This document shows, piece by piece, positions 29,194 through 39,086 of a stretch of 64,000 nucleotides of DNA; position 1 is the stretch's first letter; each line of letters starts with the position of its first letter. The stretch is from the NCBI GenBank assembly GCA_963822965.1, contig CAWGJT010000013.1, positions 1 through 64,000 on the forward strand. The letters are read 5' to 3'. The notes under the pieces are model-generated. The model did no database searches. It was not told where the DNA came from and worked only from the letters and a program-made list of their open reading frames with translations. The position numbers and the translations under genes were made by a program. The DNA is from an uncultured delta proteobacterium. GTDB taxonomy: Bacteria > Myxococcota_A > UBA9160 > UBA4427.

Positions 29194-29586
29194 CTACGCC
29201 GACGCGGCGAGCACGAAGAGCCAGACCGAGCAGCCCGTCGCCACCATGAACGAGAGCGACCGGAACGTCGCCAGGTCGGCGATGTAGAACACCGCGTGGA
29301 GGATGCGTGCGCAGATGAAGATCACGGACGCCAGGGCAGAAGTGGCGGGATTCGCGCCGGCGAGATGCGCCACGACGACCGCGAAGCCGAAGACCGCCAA
29401 CGCCTCCCAGGCGTTCTGCTGAGCCGCGTAGGCCCGACCGCCGGCCCCCTGGAGCGCTGCGGACTGGACCCGGGGGAGGTTGTTGTCGATGGCGCCGAAC
29501 TGCTCGCTCTTGAAGTACGCGGCGACACCGGTGAGCACGTAGGGAAGAAAGATTGCGATCAGCAGGCACCAGAAGGGAGTGGTCAT
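29194..29586 (-). CDS. MAPEG family membrane protein
   Basis: DNNLPR...RAYAAQQNAWEAL...ARILHAVFYIAD. Confidence 0.85.
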   Translation of the reverse strand: MTTPFWCLLIAIFLPYVLTGVAAYFKSEQFGAIDNNLPRVQSAALQGAGGRAYAAQQNAWEALAVFGFAVVVAHLAGANPATSALASVIFICARILHAVFYIADLATFRSLSFMVATGCSVWLFVLAASA

Positions 29587-29674
29587 CGTCGGATTCCGTC
29601 CTGTGGTGGGAAGCTCCCCTGCGTCGTTGGCGCTCTGCCAGCCTGCAAGGGAGGGCGATCGAATGAAGGTGTCT

Positions 29675-30064
29675 TCAGGCGGGCGCCGCCCCCGGCGCAC
29701 CGAGCCAGGCCTCGGCCTCCTCGAGAGACACGAACGCCCGGACGTCGATTCCTGCGGGCTCCACCAGCGCGGACACCATGCGGATCATCCCATACGACGC
29801 GGGCGCTACCGTCACCACCGCCCAGCGAACCTCGCGGAAGGCGTCGGCGAGCTCCCGGAGGTGCTTGACCATCTCCTTCGCCTGGGCCGGCGTGATCGGC
29901 TCCTCCACCCGCGTGTGATCGGAGAGGACGTCGAAGCCGGGCCCGAAGAGGGGGTTGCCCACCGCTCCGTCGATCGCACCCAGGATCTCCTCGAGCGAGA
30001 GCACGCCGGACAGCTCGGCGACGACGAGCCTGCGCTTCCCGTCTACGGAGACTTCGACCGACAA
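29675..30064 (-). CDS. STAS/SpoIIAA-like domain protein
   Basis: RWAVV...SYGMIRM...RAFVSLEEAEAWL C-terminal motif; start uncertain. Confidence 0.65.
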   Translation of the reverse strand: MSVEVSVDGKRRLVVAELSGVLSLEEILGAIDGAVGNPLFGPGFDVLSDHTRVEEPITPAQAKEMVKHLRELADAFREVRWAVVTVAPASYGMIRMVSALVEPAGIDVRAFVSLEEAEAWLGAPGAAPA

Positions 30065-30164
30065 CCCGTTTCGCCGCCTCGAGCAATGGAGATCGAATCG
30101 CGCCGACAGCAGCACCGTGGCTGGCGGAGTCGCCGGGAACGACACCGGAACCCTAACAAACGGC

Positions 30165-30722
30165 TCACGGGACGCTCGTGGAGCCTGCGCCCGCGCCGCT
30201 CGAGCTGGCCTCTCCGGAAGAATCGCCCCATTGGTAGAACGACAGAGCTACCGCGCCGAGGTCGCTGCTCTCGGCGAGCCTGGCGTCCATGGCTCGCACC
30301 ATGCGCGGAAGGAAGATGGGGTGTGCGACCTCCTTCCACCAGACCATCCCTCCCGGGGTCGCGACGTTCATCAGGAAGAACCTGAGATACGCCTCGTACG
30401 TCTCGTCCTCGAGGGTGCCGGCCTCGTGCAGGGCGAAGGCGCCCTGCATGAACAAGGCGAGGTCGGCGATGATCGCGGTGAACAGGCTGCGATCGTCGAA
30501 CGGCAGGTCCGGAAACTTCTCGAGCCCGTCGGCATAGGCGCGGGCCGCGTCCGGCGCGATGCGCAGAGCGAGGTGCGCCCGCATGCCCTCGACGATCTCC
30601 TGACGGCTCGCCGTCCGCAGGGCCGAGGTGTTCTGACGCACCTGCACCGCGAGATACACGAGCGTGACCAGGACGCCCAGACCGCCGACGAAGTCACCGA
30701 TATTTCCGAGCGCGTCGAGAAT
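30165..30722 (-). CDS. Hypothetical protein with N-terminal TM (LGNIGDFVGG...VYLAVQVRQNT family); start apparently ATT
   Basis: The conserved-looking N-terminus extends upstream of the ORF-track start to ATT at 30722, 6 nt after AGGAG. Confidence 0.65.
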   Translation of the reverse strand: MLDALGNIGDFVGGLGVLVTLVYLAVQVRQNTSALRTASRQEIVEGMRAHLALRIAPDAARAYADGLEKFPDLPFDDRSLFTAIIADLALFMQGAFALHEAGTLEDETYEAYLRFFLMNVATPGGMVWWKEVAHPIFLPRMVRAMDARLAESSDLGAVALSFYQWGDSSGEASSSGAGAGSTSVP

Positions 30723-30818
30723 GATCTGCTCCTGCCGAGCCCACGAGCCCGATGCCGGGTCGCGTCGGCCGCCCGACCAGAATCTATCACGAACCGATCG
30801 CGGTGGGCGCCCGTGCTT

Positions 30819-31220
30819 CTAGCGGGGATCCAGCCGAAGGAAATACCGGGGCGGGAAGCCCGTCAAGATGCGGAACACGAGACCCAGGGGATTGTCGCTC
30901 TCGACCCGATCGTGCTCCGCGCCCGTGACGGGCACCGCCCGATAGTCACCCTTCTCGTCGTCCAGCGTGACCTGCACGTCCGGGTTCTCCAACGCGCGCT
31001 TGTACCAGGCCCTGGGCCAGTGGTTGGCCGCCACGTAGAGCCGACCGTCGCTCTCGAGGCGGGCCACGACCCGGTCGTGCCCGGTCCCGCCCTCGTCGAA
31101 GGTGGTGATCACCAGGGTCGAGCCCGCCCTGGGCTGGAAGTAGCCGATCAGCGACTCGAACGCGACGACGATTCCGAGATAGACCAGCACCACGATCACG
31201 ACGATCTTCAGGATCTTCAT
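30819..31220 (-). CDS. Split-barrel nitroreductase/quinone-reductase-like protein with N-terminal TM
   Basis: GRLYVAANHWPRAWYKRALENPDVQVT motif. Confidence 0.6.
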   Translation of the reverse strand: MKILKIVVIVVLVYLGIVVAFESLIGYFQPRAGSTLVITTFDEGGTGHDRVVARLESDGRLYVAANHWPRAWYKRALENPDVQVTLDDEKGDYRAVPVTGAEHDRVESDNPLGLVFRILTGFPPRYFLRLDPR

Positions 31221-31233
31221 CGATCGACTCCCC

Positions 31234-31758
31234 TCATGTGGCGGCTCGGTTGGACCGCTCGGTGCTTCGATCGAACGTGAAGTAGGACCACGACCGATCG
31301 GAGACGGTGCGTGTTTCCTCGCGAAAGCTTCCACCCGTGTATCGGGCGATCGTCCCCCGCCAGAACGGGACGGCTGGCCGATTGTCCTGGTACACGCGCA
31401 CGAGCCACCGGCTCGGGTATCGGTCCCAGACCCGCGTGGCCAACGCGTGACCGAAGCCACTCCGCCGGTGGCGTCGCACCACGAAGAACTCGTCGAGGTC
31501 CTTCACTGCGGAGTCGCCGACGAACGGCTCGGCCGAACCCACCAGGGCGAAGCCCACGGGAATGCGTCCCAGGTAGGCGACGTAGACGTCGACTTCGTCG
31601 TTCCAGACCTTCTCGCTGGGGTACGAGTAGTTCGCGTCCTCGTTGGCGTCGAGCAGGAACCACTCCGCCATGTCGTGACAGTAGTGCTGCAGGAGGTTTC
31701 CCACGACCGCCTCGTGAGAACGGTCGACGCGACGAACCTCGAGGTCGGTGGGAGGCAT
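31234..31758 (-). CDS. GNAT acetyltransferase
   Basis: EFFVVRRHRRSGFG motif A; N.PAVPFW. Confidence 0.82.
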   Translation of the reverse strand: MPPTDLEVRRVDRSHEAVVGNLLQHYCHDMAEWFLLDANEDANYSYPSEKVWNDEVDVYVAYLGRIPVGFALVGSAEPFVGDSAVKDLDEFFVVRRHRRSGFGHALATRVWDRYPSRWLVRVYQDNRPAVPFWRGTIARYTGGSFREETRTVSDRSWSYFTFDRSTERSNRAAT

Positions 31759-31927
31759 CTGCGTCGCCTCTGCATGGCCGTTTCCCGGTCGATCGGCCCT
31801 TTGCGGCCGGCGAACGTGCGGACTGGCTCCGACCCGGTCCCGAGTATGCCGCCAGATGGCCACCAGGGTCAATCGGCGTGATCGGTTTCTCCGGTCGCCG
31901 CGAGGGACGGAATCCCATCGGCACGCT

Positions 31928-33082
31928 TCACCGGCGGCTCGGCGTGTAGGTCACCTCGGGCAGCTCCGCCGGCAGGACGCGGACGAGGAAGTCCTCCTGG
32001 TCTGCTCGCGCCTCGGGCTCGCGCGAGAAGCGGCTCTCGAAGAAGGCTCGAACCGCCAGGGTGGTCAGCATTTGCTGCCGCCCGGCCGAGAGGGTGCGGT
32101 CGAACGTCTTTGCACACGGCGGCGGGTAGTCGGTCACCTCGAGCAGGCCCTGCTCCGGCGTCCCGAACTTCCCGTTGAAGGGGTTCTCCGGCGTGGCTTC
32201 GGGGTCGGCGCCGCCGAGGCGGCAGCCCACCCGGTCCGGGTTGCCGAAGATCCGCAGGAAGCCGGACGCCACCTGGTCGAACCCGACGTGCGTCCCACCG
32301 GCAATCGTGACCAACGCGGCATCGTGCGCGCGATCGAGGATGGGAAGAGCGTTGCGCTCGTAGTCCACGATGGAGTCTGCCGTCCCGGCGATCGTCAGGA
32401 ACGGAACCGCGGCGTGATCGAAGAAGCGCGGGCCGAACACGTCGCCCACCCCCGCCAGCGAGATCGCCGCGGCCACGCGCGGGTCTTTCCACTCGGGATG
32501 GAACGCGACGAGCGTCGTGGTGACGGCGCCGAGGGATAGGCCGAAGACGCCGATTCGTTCGGCGTCGATCTCGCCTTCGAACGGCCGCTCCGCACCGTCC
32601 AGTGCCATGACCCGGTCGATCAGGAAGGACACGTCGCCGGGCTGGTGCACCACGTCGTCGGCGTTCGGCCCACCGGGAGCCCCGATGCAGGTCAGCGGGT
32701 AGTCGGCGGCCACGACGACGTAGCCATGGCTCGCCAGGTCCTCCGCGAGGTAGGCGCCGCCGTGGCGCGACGAAACGAAGCCGTGGCTGTAGACCACCAG
32801 GGGATGCGCGCCCGGCACGCCCTCCGGATACCAGAGCGCGACCCGGAAGGACCGCACCGGCGAGCCCGGGTAGTCCCCGTTCGCGGGCGTGGGCCGTGAT
32901 TCGTCCACCCAATCGGGCTCGACCTTGCCTACGGGATGCGGACCGGGAGCGAGCCGCGCCGCGCTCTCGCTGCCCTCGGGCAGGGGCGCGGGAGCCGTGC
33001 GGATCCACGCGATGCCCAACGCGACGGCGGACAGGACGACGACGAGAGCGACGGCGACGAGCAGCCTGCGGAAGACCTTCAT
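31928..33082 (-). CDS. Alpha/beta hydrolase (dienelactone hydrolase/PAF-AH-like), membrane anchored
   Basis: LVVYSHG, LASHGYVV, GLSLG nucleophile elbow, GTAD, GGTH. Confidence 0.82.
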   Translation of the reverse strand: MKVFRRLLVAVALVVVLSAVALGIAWIRTAPAPLPEGSESAARLAPGPHPVGKVEPDWVDESRPTPANGDYPGSPVRSFRVALWYPEGVPGAHPLVVYSHGFVSSRHGGAYLAEDLASHGYVVVAADYPLTCIGAPGGPNADDVVHQPGDVSFLIDRVMALDGAERPFEGEIDAERIGVFGLSLGAVTTTLVAFHPEWKDPRVAAAISLAGVGDVFGPRFFDHAAVPFLTIAGTADSIVDYERNALPILDRAHDAALVTIAGGTHVGFDQVASGFLRIFGNPDRVGCRLGGADPEATPENPFNGKFGTPEQGLLEVTDYPPPCAKTFDRTLSAGRQQMLTTLAVRAFFESRFSREPEARADQEDFLVRVLPAELPEVTYTPSRR

Positions 33083-33140
33083 GCCTGCCCTCCGATCCGC
33101 CGGGTACTTGTCCGGCGCGGACGGGGTTGGATGGCCGTCC

Positions 33141-33674
33141 TCACAGCTCGACGACCATGTGGATGTCGTCGGGCTCGAGCCGGAAGAGCTCCTCGTTCGG
33201 CTCGTCGGTGGGCGCGAAGCCGCGGCCCAGGTAGAACTCGACGGTGGGCGCGCTGGGAGTCGCGGACACGTAGAGGCGCCGGGCGCCGTCTGTGCGCGCG
33301 AGACGAGCCACCTCGCCCGTGAGCTGCGCCGCGACGCCCCGGCGCCGGTAATCCCTGCTCACGTACAGAGCCGAGAGGTTGCCCACGCCCTCGGCGAGGT
33401 GCGGCCGGTAGATGGCGAAGCCGACCAGGCGCTCGGCGTCGAACGCGCCAACCAGCGTCCCGCCCCGATCGAGGATCGGCTGCCAAGCGTCGATCCGGCC
33501 CCGCAGGCTGTCCTCGTAATCGCCGGTCCGAGACCAGGCCGGAGCCGTGATCTCGACGGATCGCTTCGAGAGACGGCCGTCTCGATGGACGTACTCCTGC
33601 GTCACGTGCTCGGACCGATCGATCTCGCCGATCCGCGCGAGCTCGGAACTCGCCATGTGGCGAATCGTGATCAC
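33141..33674 (-). CDS. GNAT acetyltransferase
   Basis: LYVSRDYRRRGVA, LYVSATPS..TVEFYLGRGF. Confidence 0.85.
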   Translation of the reverse strand: MITIRHMASSELARIGEIDRSEHVTQEYVHRDGRLSKRSVEITAPAWSRTGDYEDSLRGRIDAWQPILDRGGTLVGAFDAERLVGFAIYRPHLAEGVGNLSALYVSRDYRRRGVAAQLTGEVARLARTDGARRLYVSATPSAPTVEFYLGRGFAPTDEPNEELFRLEPDDIHMVVEL

Positions 33675-33712
33675 GCTCTCCCTGCCCTCCCTCCCTCGAG
33701 GTTTCGCCGACA

Positions 33713-34323
33713 CTATCCGGCGAGCGAGTCGATCGACGACTGGAGGTTGACGCGGGCCCGATCCTCCAGCGCGTCGCGGAAGTGACGCGTGTGATAGATG
33801 AAGGGGCGCGCCTGGAACTCGCGAAGAATCCTCGACCGGGCGGTGCGATAGGCCGCTTCCGGCACCCAGGAGTATTCCCGACGAATCTGGTCTTCATACT
33901 CAGGAAGCGGGCCCTGGGGGACCCGAGGATCGAGAGATCGACGTCGAGAAGAAGCCTCTCGTCCGGCGACGTGGGCGTGGCGTCGTGCTTCGTGACGATG
34001 ATGAGCCGGTCGATGACGTCGAGGTCCTCCACCGAGAGCATCGGCAGCGCCTCGCGAGCCCAGCGAGCGCTCTGCGCTTCGTTGTCCGACGCCCGGGGCT
34101 CGTACACGGCGTCGTGAAACCACAACGACAGCTCGAGCAGACCCGGATTCGACGCTTCCGCCGGGCAACCGTCGAGCTGCTCGAAGCACTCTGCCAGGTG
34201 TCGCAGCGTGTGATAGGCCCGATGGGGCAGGCCGTACGCCGAGACCAGCTCGTCGATCAGACCCGGAGGCGGGGACCGGTCGAGGCATTCCCAGGTCTGG
34301 CTCCACCGAATCGCGGGTTCCAA
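33713..34323 (-). CDS. HD-superfamily metal-dependent phosphohydrolase, frameshifted at ~33900
   Basis: HRAYHT..H, WFHDAVY, DNE..SA, DLSILG in one frame; EYEDQIRREYSWVP...ARVNL continues in another frame. Confidence 0.8.
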
Positions 34324-34427
34324 CGAACGACCTCGCCCGGTCGGCTACCGACGACCGGCTAGCTGCCGAATACGCAGGACTCGTTTGCGCCGCAAGCCGA
34401 CCCAAGACCTCGTCTTGGGTCGCGCTC

Positions 34428-34916
34428 CTACATGGCAGCGTCCTCTTCACCGGTTCTCCCGAGCAGCAGGATCAGGAAGAAGGAGAACGCGTTCACCAGG
34501 AGACCGAACACGCCGAGAAGATACGGCCATGAGACCCCGAGAACGATGTTGAGCGCCTGCAGCACGAGGATGACTGCAATCCACGCATAGAGGAGTGGCG
34601 ATACCGGAGAACGCGTACCGCCCGCTCGAAACTGTCGGCCTCGGTGCGCTGCAATCGCCGCCTGCCACACCATCAGCGCGACGCTCGCGATGCGCCACTT
34701 CAAGGGCTCCGGCAGCTGGGCTTCGGTCAAGAGGGCGGGCAGCAGCGCGAAGGTGGTCGCCATCGCGGACGCAGTCAGCAGCATCCGGAGCAGGATTCGC
34801 TCCACGTGCGGCCAGCTCGATATGTCGCGATGTCGTATCGCGGCCACGATGCCCGCGAACCCCGCCATTCCGACGGCGGCCTCGACGATGGACGAGAGGA
34901 ACGACTCTGCAGACAA
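34428..34916 (-). CDS. Multi-TM hypothetical protein (E..V..AGF.G.V family), probably a former gene cassette
   Basis: 162 aa, about five TMs, preceded by a degenerate attC-like sequence. Confidence 0.65.
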   Translation of the reverse strand: MSAESFLSSIVEAAVGMAGFAGIVAAIRHRDISSWPHVERILLRMLLTASAMATTFALLPALLTEAQLPEPLKWRIASVALMVWQAAIAAHRGRQFRAGGTRSPVSPLLYAWIAVILVLQALNIVLGVSWPYLLGVFGLLVNAFSFFLILLLGRTGEEDAAM

Positions 34917-35131
34917 TGGCGGCCCACACGACTGACGGCGGCAGCGCGGCCCGACCCGTTGGGGCAGGAGTCGAGGAGACGGATCCGAGCGTCCGCTGCA
35001 TCGGTTGGTTGCGCCGGACTACGATACCCCCTCCATGCTGGGAGGGCGAGATTCGCGCTCCTGCAGGCGATCGGCCGCTTCCAGACCCGAGCGGCCCGGC
35101 GTATGATGGCTGCCTCGCTCGCGAGGAGTCC

Positions 35132-36619
35132 ATGGAAGAGACCCGCATCGCCCTGCACACGGCCTTCGAGATCGGCGAGGTCGACCCCCGCATCTTCGGA
35201 GGCTTCCTCGAGCACATGGGCCGCTGCGTCTACGAGGGCGTGTTCGAGCCCGGCTCGCCCCACGCCGACGAGCACGGCTTTCGCGCCGACGTGCTCGCCG
35301 CCCTGGATCGGCTCGCGATGCCCGTCATACGCTATCCCGGCGGCAACTTCGCGTCGGGCTATCACTGGCGCGACGGCGTCGGCCCGCCCGCGTCGCGCCC
35401 CACCGTGCGCGAGCTCGCGTGGCAGAGCATAGAGACCAACCAGTTCGGGACGGAGGAGTTCATGCGGCTGTGCCGCAAGCTCGACTGGACGCCGATGCTC
35501 TCCGTCAACCTCGGCACCGGCACGCCCGAGGAGGCGCGCGACTGGGTCGAGTACTGCAACGCGCCCGCGGGCACGCGCTGGGCCGACCTGCGCGTCGAGA
35601 ACGGCTCGTCCGAGCCGCATGGTGTTCCCTTGTGGTGCCTCGGCAACGAGATGGACGGCCCCTGGCAGCTCGGCCACGTGCCGGCCGGCGAATACGCCAT
35701 CCGCGCCCAACAGGCGGCGAAGATGATGAAGGACGTCGACCGCTCGATCGAAGTCGTTCTCTGCGGATCGTGCGGCGTGGCGATGCCGACCTACATGACC
35801 TGGGACCAGGAGGTGCTGGGACACGTCGGGGGGCTCGTCGACTACGTGAGCCTCCACCGCTACGTCGACAACCGGGCCCAGGACACGCCCGATTTCCTCG
35901 CCGTCACCAACGCCGTCGACCGTCAGATCGAGGAGATGGACTCCGTCTGCCGCTTCATCCAGGCGAAGCGCCGCAGCCGCAAACGCGCCTACCTCTGCTT
36001 CGACGAGTGGAACGTCTGGTACAAGAACATGGAGATGGACGGCGCCGGCAAGCACGCGCCCCACCTGATCGAGGAGATCTACAACCTCGAGGACGCCCTC
36101 GTGGTGGCGGGCTTCTTCAACAGCTTCCTCCGCCACGCCGACGTGGTGAAGATCGCCAACATCGCGCAGATCGTGAACGTGATAGCGCCCATCCTGACGC
36201 GCGGCGACGAGCTGCTGCTGCAGTCGATCTTCCACGTGTTCGAGATGTACTCGAAGCGTAAGCGCGGTCGTTCGCTGCGGCTCGCGGTGCAGGGCCCCAC
36301 CTACGAAGGCAAGACCAACGGCCGGGTCCACACCGTCGACGCGAGCGTCATCCTCGACGGGCCCGCGCTCCATGTCTTCGCGACCAACCGCAGCCTCGAG
36401 GCGGCGGCACCGATCCGGATCGAGCTGGCGGACGGCGCGATCGAGGGGCTCGCCGCCGCCGAGATCGTGACGGGTGACGATCCGAAGGCGGCGAACTCGT
36501 TCGAGGCTCCGGACTGCATCCGAGCCGCCGGCTTCGACGCGGTGAAGGTCGGCGGCGGCCGCGCCTCGCTCGAGCTACCGCCGCTCTCCGTCGCGGCCAT
36601 GACCTTCTCGCTGGCCTGA
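35132..36619 (+). CDS. abfA: Alpha-L-arabinofuranosidase, GH51
   Basis: FLEHMGRCVYEG, IRYPGGNFASGYHW, WCLGNEMDGPWQ (acid/base Glu), FDEWNVWY (nucleophile Glu), AQIVNVIAP; GAGGAG SD. Confidence 0.93.
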   Translation: MEETRIALHTAFEIGEVDPRIFGGFLEHMGRCVYEGVFEPGSPHADEHGFRADVLAALDRLAMPVIRYPGGNFASGYHWRDGVGPPASRPTVRELAWQSIETNQFGTEEFMRLCRKLDWTPMLSVNLGTGTPEEARDWVEYCNAPAGTRWADLRVENGSSEPHGVPLWCLGNEMDGPWQLGHVPAGEYAIRAQQAAKMMKDVDRSIEVVLCGSCGVAMPTYMTWDQEVLGHVGGLVDYVSLHRYVDNRAQDTPDFLAVTNAVDRQIEEMDSVCRFIQAKRRSRKRAYLCFDEWNVWYKNMEMDGAGKHAPHLIEEIYNLEDALVVAGFFNSFLRHADVVKIANIAQIVNVIAPILTRGDELLLQSIFHVFEMYSKRKRGRSLRLAVQGPTYEGKTNGRVHTVDASVILDGPALHVFATNRSLEAAAPIRIELADGAIEGLAAAEIVTGDDPKAANSFEAPDCIRAAGFDAVKVGGGRASLELPPLSVAAMTFSLA

Positions 36620-36728
36620 TCGCTCGCGGGCTGCCGTGTTGGCCAGCACGATGGTACGGTCCGGAGCAAGGGTTGAGCGCCGCCGGCCAGGAGCCCGAGG
36701 AGAGCGGATCGCCCGCGAGCCCGGCCGA

Positions 36729-37775
36729 TCAGGCCGTCAGCTGGTCGGCCTTGCAGGAGCGCTCGATCATCCCGTAGCTGGTCATCCCGTCCCAGGTGTA
36801 GCAGGCTCCGCCCTGGTGGAGATTGAAGTCGAAGGGCAAACCGTCGGCGACGGTCATGATCCGGTATGTGGTGAGGAGGGTGGTCGCCTCGATGCGCGTG
36901 GTGCCGAGCGAAGACTCGAGCTCGAACGTGGCATCGTCGCCCTCGTCCGCGAGCCGGCGCAGCCACGGGATCTTCGTGGCGCGGGCCGGATGCATCTCGC
37001 CGTCCTGGTAGACGTAGCCCTGGTTGAGGGCCTCGCCGCTGTCGTCCGGGGGGAAGGTGATGAACCCGAAGCCCCGCCCGTCCGGGAAGAGGGCCGACTG
37101 CCAGCAGTGACCGCGGAAGGTGACGAGCGGCCGGACACTCTGCCGCTTGATGCGGGAGCCGACGCAGCGGAAGGAGCGAGAGCTCCCATCCAGCTCCAGC
37201 TCCCCCTCGCCTCGGAACAGATGCTCGAGGCGCCAGCCGAGCCCCATGTTCTGCGCCTCCGAGCGTTGGGCCTCGCTCATCTCAGCGAGCTTCTCGGGCG
37301 AGTTGTCTTCGACCCAGGCCGGGGTCTCCATCGCGAGCTCGACCTCGATCCGGACGGGAACCTTGTTCTTCCGGTCGAGCTTGCGGTGGATCTGCTGGTC
37401 CACCGTGCCGTCTACCGCCTCGCCCTCGTAGCGCATGGCCCAGCGCCGGAAGGGATCGAGGCAGCGGAAGGTCAGCGGCCCCGCCCCGAACACCGTCGGG
37501 CGGCCGTCGGACCCGAAGGGGGAAGGGCCCGGCTCGGCGCCGCTGCCGTCCAGGATGCGACCGCCGGGGAACGCGAAGTTCGCCTGGTAGGGCCGCTTGT
37601 CCCACGACGACGCGATCCCCTCGATGCCGACGCGGGGCATGGCGAATTCGCCGTTCTCTTCGAAGAGCCAGATCGAGGTGCTCTCGCGCATCTCCGGGTC
37701 TTCGGGCTTCTCGGCGAAGAAGAGGTCGTGGTCGGGCGTGAGCCCGTTCGTCAGCTGGTCCAGCTCGAGAGACAT
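36729..37775 (-). CDS. Conserved hypothetical protein (all-beta, cyclase/hydratase-like)
   Basis: 348 aa with host-like codon usage, GGGAG SD, ends YGMIERS; operonic with the sulfotransferase. Confidence 0.65.
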   Translation of the reverse strand: MSLELDQLTNGLTPDHDLFFAEKPEDPEMRESTSIWLFEENGEFAMPRVGIEGIASSWDKRPYQANFAFPGGRILDGSGAEPGPSPFGSDGRPTVFGAGPLTFRCLDPFRRWAMRYEGEAVDGTVDQQIHRKLDRKNKVPVRIEVELAMETPAWVEDNSPEKLAEMSEAQRSEAQNMGLGWRLEHLFRGEGELELDGSSRSFRCVGSRIKRQSVRPLVTFRGHCWQSALFPDGRGFGFITFPPDDSGEALNQGYVYQDGEMHPARATKIPWLRRLADEGDDATFELESSLGTTRIEATTLLTTYRIMTVADGLPFDFNLHQGGACYTWDGMTSYGMIERSCKADQLTA

Positions 37776-37800
37776 GCTCCCCTCCCTCGTGCGCGGCGGG

Positions 37801-38952
37801 TCAGCGGGCCGTCCACTGCTCCATGCGCTCGACGTACTTGGCGAACAGCGGGCGCACGCGCTCGAGGTCGAGCCCGAACGCGGCCGGCTCCGGGTGGACG
37901 CTGGCCTCCCGCGTCTCGGCGTTCTCGCGCCACCAGCGCTCCATCCCCTGCTCGAAGGTCTCGCTGACGGGCTCGCCCAGCCACGCGTAGAGGTGGCGCA
38001 CCTCGCCGATCGGATCTCGCTGTAGCGCCTGGAAGTGCATGTCGTAGAAGCGCGCGTCGTTGCCCGCGTCCCGGAAGGCGAGCGCGCGCTCCATCCCGAC
38101 GGACCAGTGCTCGACGTTCAGACGGCCCAGGTAGTGCAGGTCGGGCGCTTCGCTCATCAGCTTCGAGACCTCGTAGAAGACGTCCGCCACGGACACCATC
38201 ACGTCGGTGGGATCCCGGTGCGTCATGACGTAGCGCGCGTCCGGGAAGGCGGCGTCGAGCTGGGGGAGGAAGAGCAGGTGGCTCGGACACTTGAGCCGCC
38301 ACGGCCGCCGCGTGGGCTCGCCCCACTGCAGGAGCTTCAGGACGCGCCGCTCGTAGCGGTAGGTGGAGCTCAGGTCGGCTTCGTGGAGCAGCCACGCGGA
38401 GTAGGAGGGGATGTGGGCGTAGGCGTGGAAGTAGTGAGACTTGAAGTCGAGGCCCATCAGATCCTGGCACTCGTAGGGCCCGGTGGGGCTCGAGGGGAGC
38501 ATCGCGGCCATGCGCGGCATCATCTTGGCTTGCACCGCGCCGTTCGCCTCGGCCCGGGCGATCCGCGGGTCGGGCCCGACGACCGTCGCGGGCGGGGGAC
38601 AAGGCTCCCTGCCCTCGAACAACCGGAGCGATCGGGCCCCGGGGTCCTCGCCCAGCAGGAACGAGAGCGCGGTGGACCCCGTGCGGGGCAGGCCGAGACC
38701 GATGAGCGGCGCCTCGAGGGGCTCGTCGTCGATCTCGGGATGGCGGCGGTACCAGTCCTCGACGTGCAGGCGCTGCGACAGCAGGTGGCCGATCAACGCC
38801 GGCATCGCCTGCTTGCCGATCGCGCTGAGCGTGGCCTCCTCGCGCAGCGCGCGCACGAGCCGCTCGAGGCCCTCGCGGAAGGAATCCTCCCCGAAGTCGT
38901 GGAGACCCGTCTGCTTCTCGGCCTCGGCCAGCAGCTCGTCGACCGGTTGCAT
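37801..38952 (-). CDS. Sulfotransferase (Sulfotransfer_3 type)
   Basis: GLPRTGST 5'-PSB loop, WRLKCPSH, THRDP 3'-PB motif. Confidence 0.88.
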   Translation of the reverse strand: MQPVDELLAEAEKQTGLHDFGEDSFREGLERLVRALREEATLSAIGKQAMPALIGHLLSQRLHVEDWYRRHPEIDDEPLEAPLIGLGLPRTGSTALSFLLGEDPGARSLRLFEGREPCPPPATVVGPDPRIARAEANGAVQAKMMPRMAAMLPSSPTGPYECQDLMGLDFKSHYFHAYAHIPSYSAWLLHEADLSSTYRYERRVLKLLQWGEPTRRPWRLKCPSHLLFLPQLDAAFPDARYVMTHRDPTDVMVSVADVFYEVSKLMSEAPDLHYLGRLNVEHWSVGMERALAFRDAGNDARFYDMHFQALQRDPIGEVRHLYAWLGEPVSETFEQGMERWWRENAETREASVHPEPAAFGLDLERVRPLFAKYVERMEQWTAR

Positions 38953-39086
38953 GCGCCTCAGACCGAGAGTCCGTAGAACCGCACCGCGTTCTCCCCAAAG
39001 ACCTTGCCGCACCTGCGGAACACCCGGTCACTCCGCGATTCTACCACGCGCCGTAGGCCTCGAGCGTCAGCAAGTCCGCTGCAACG

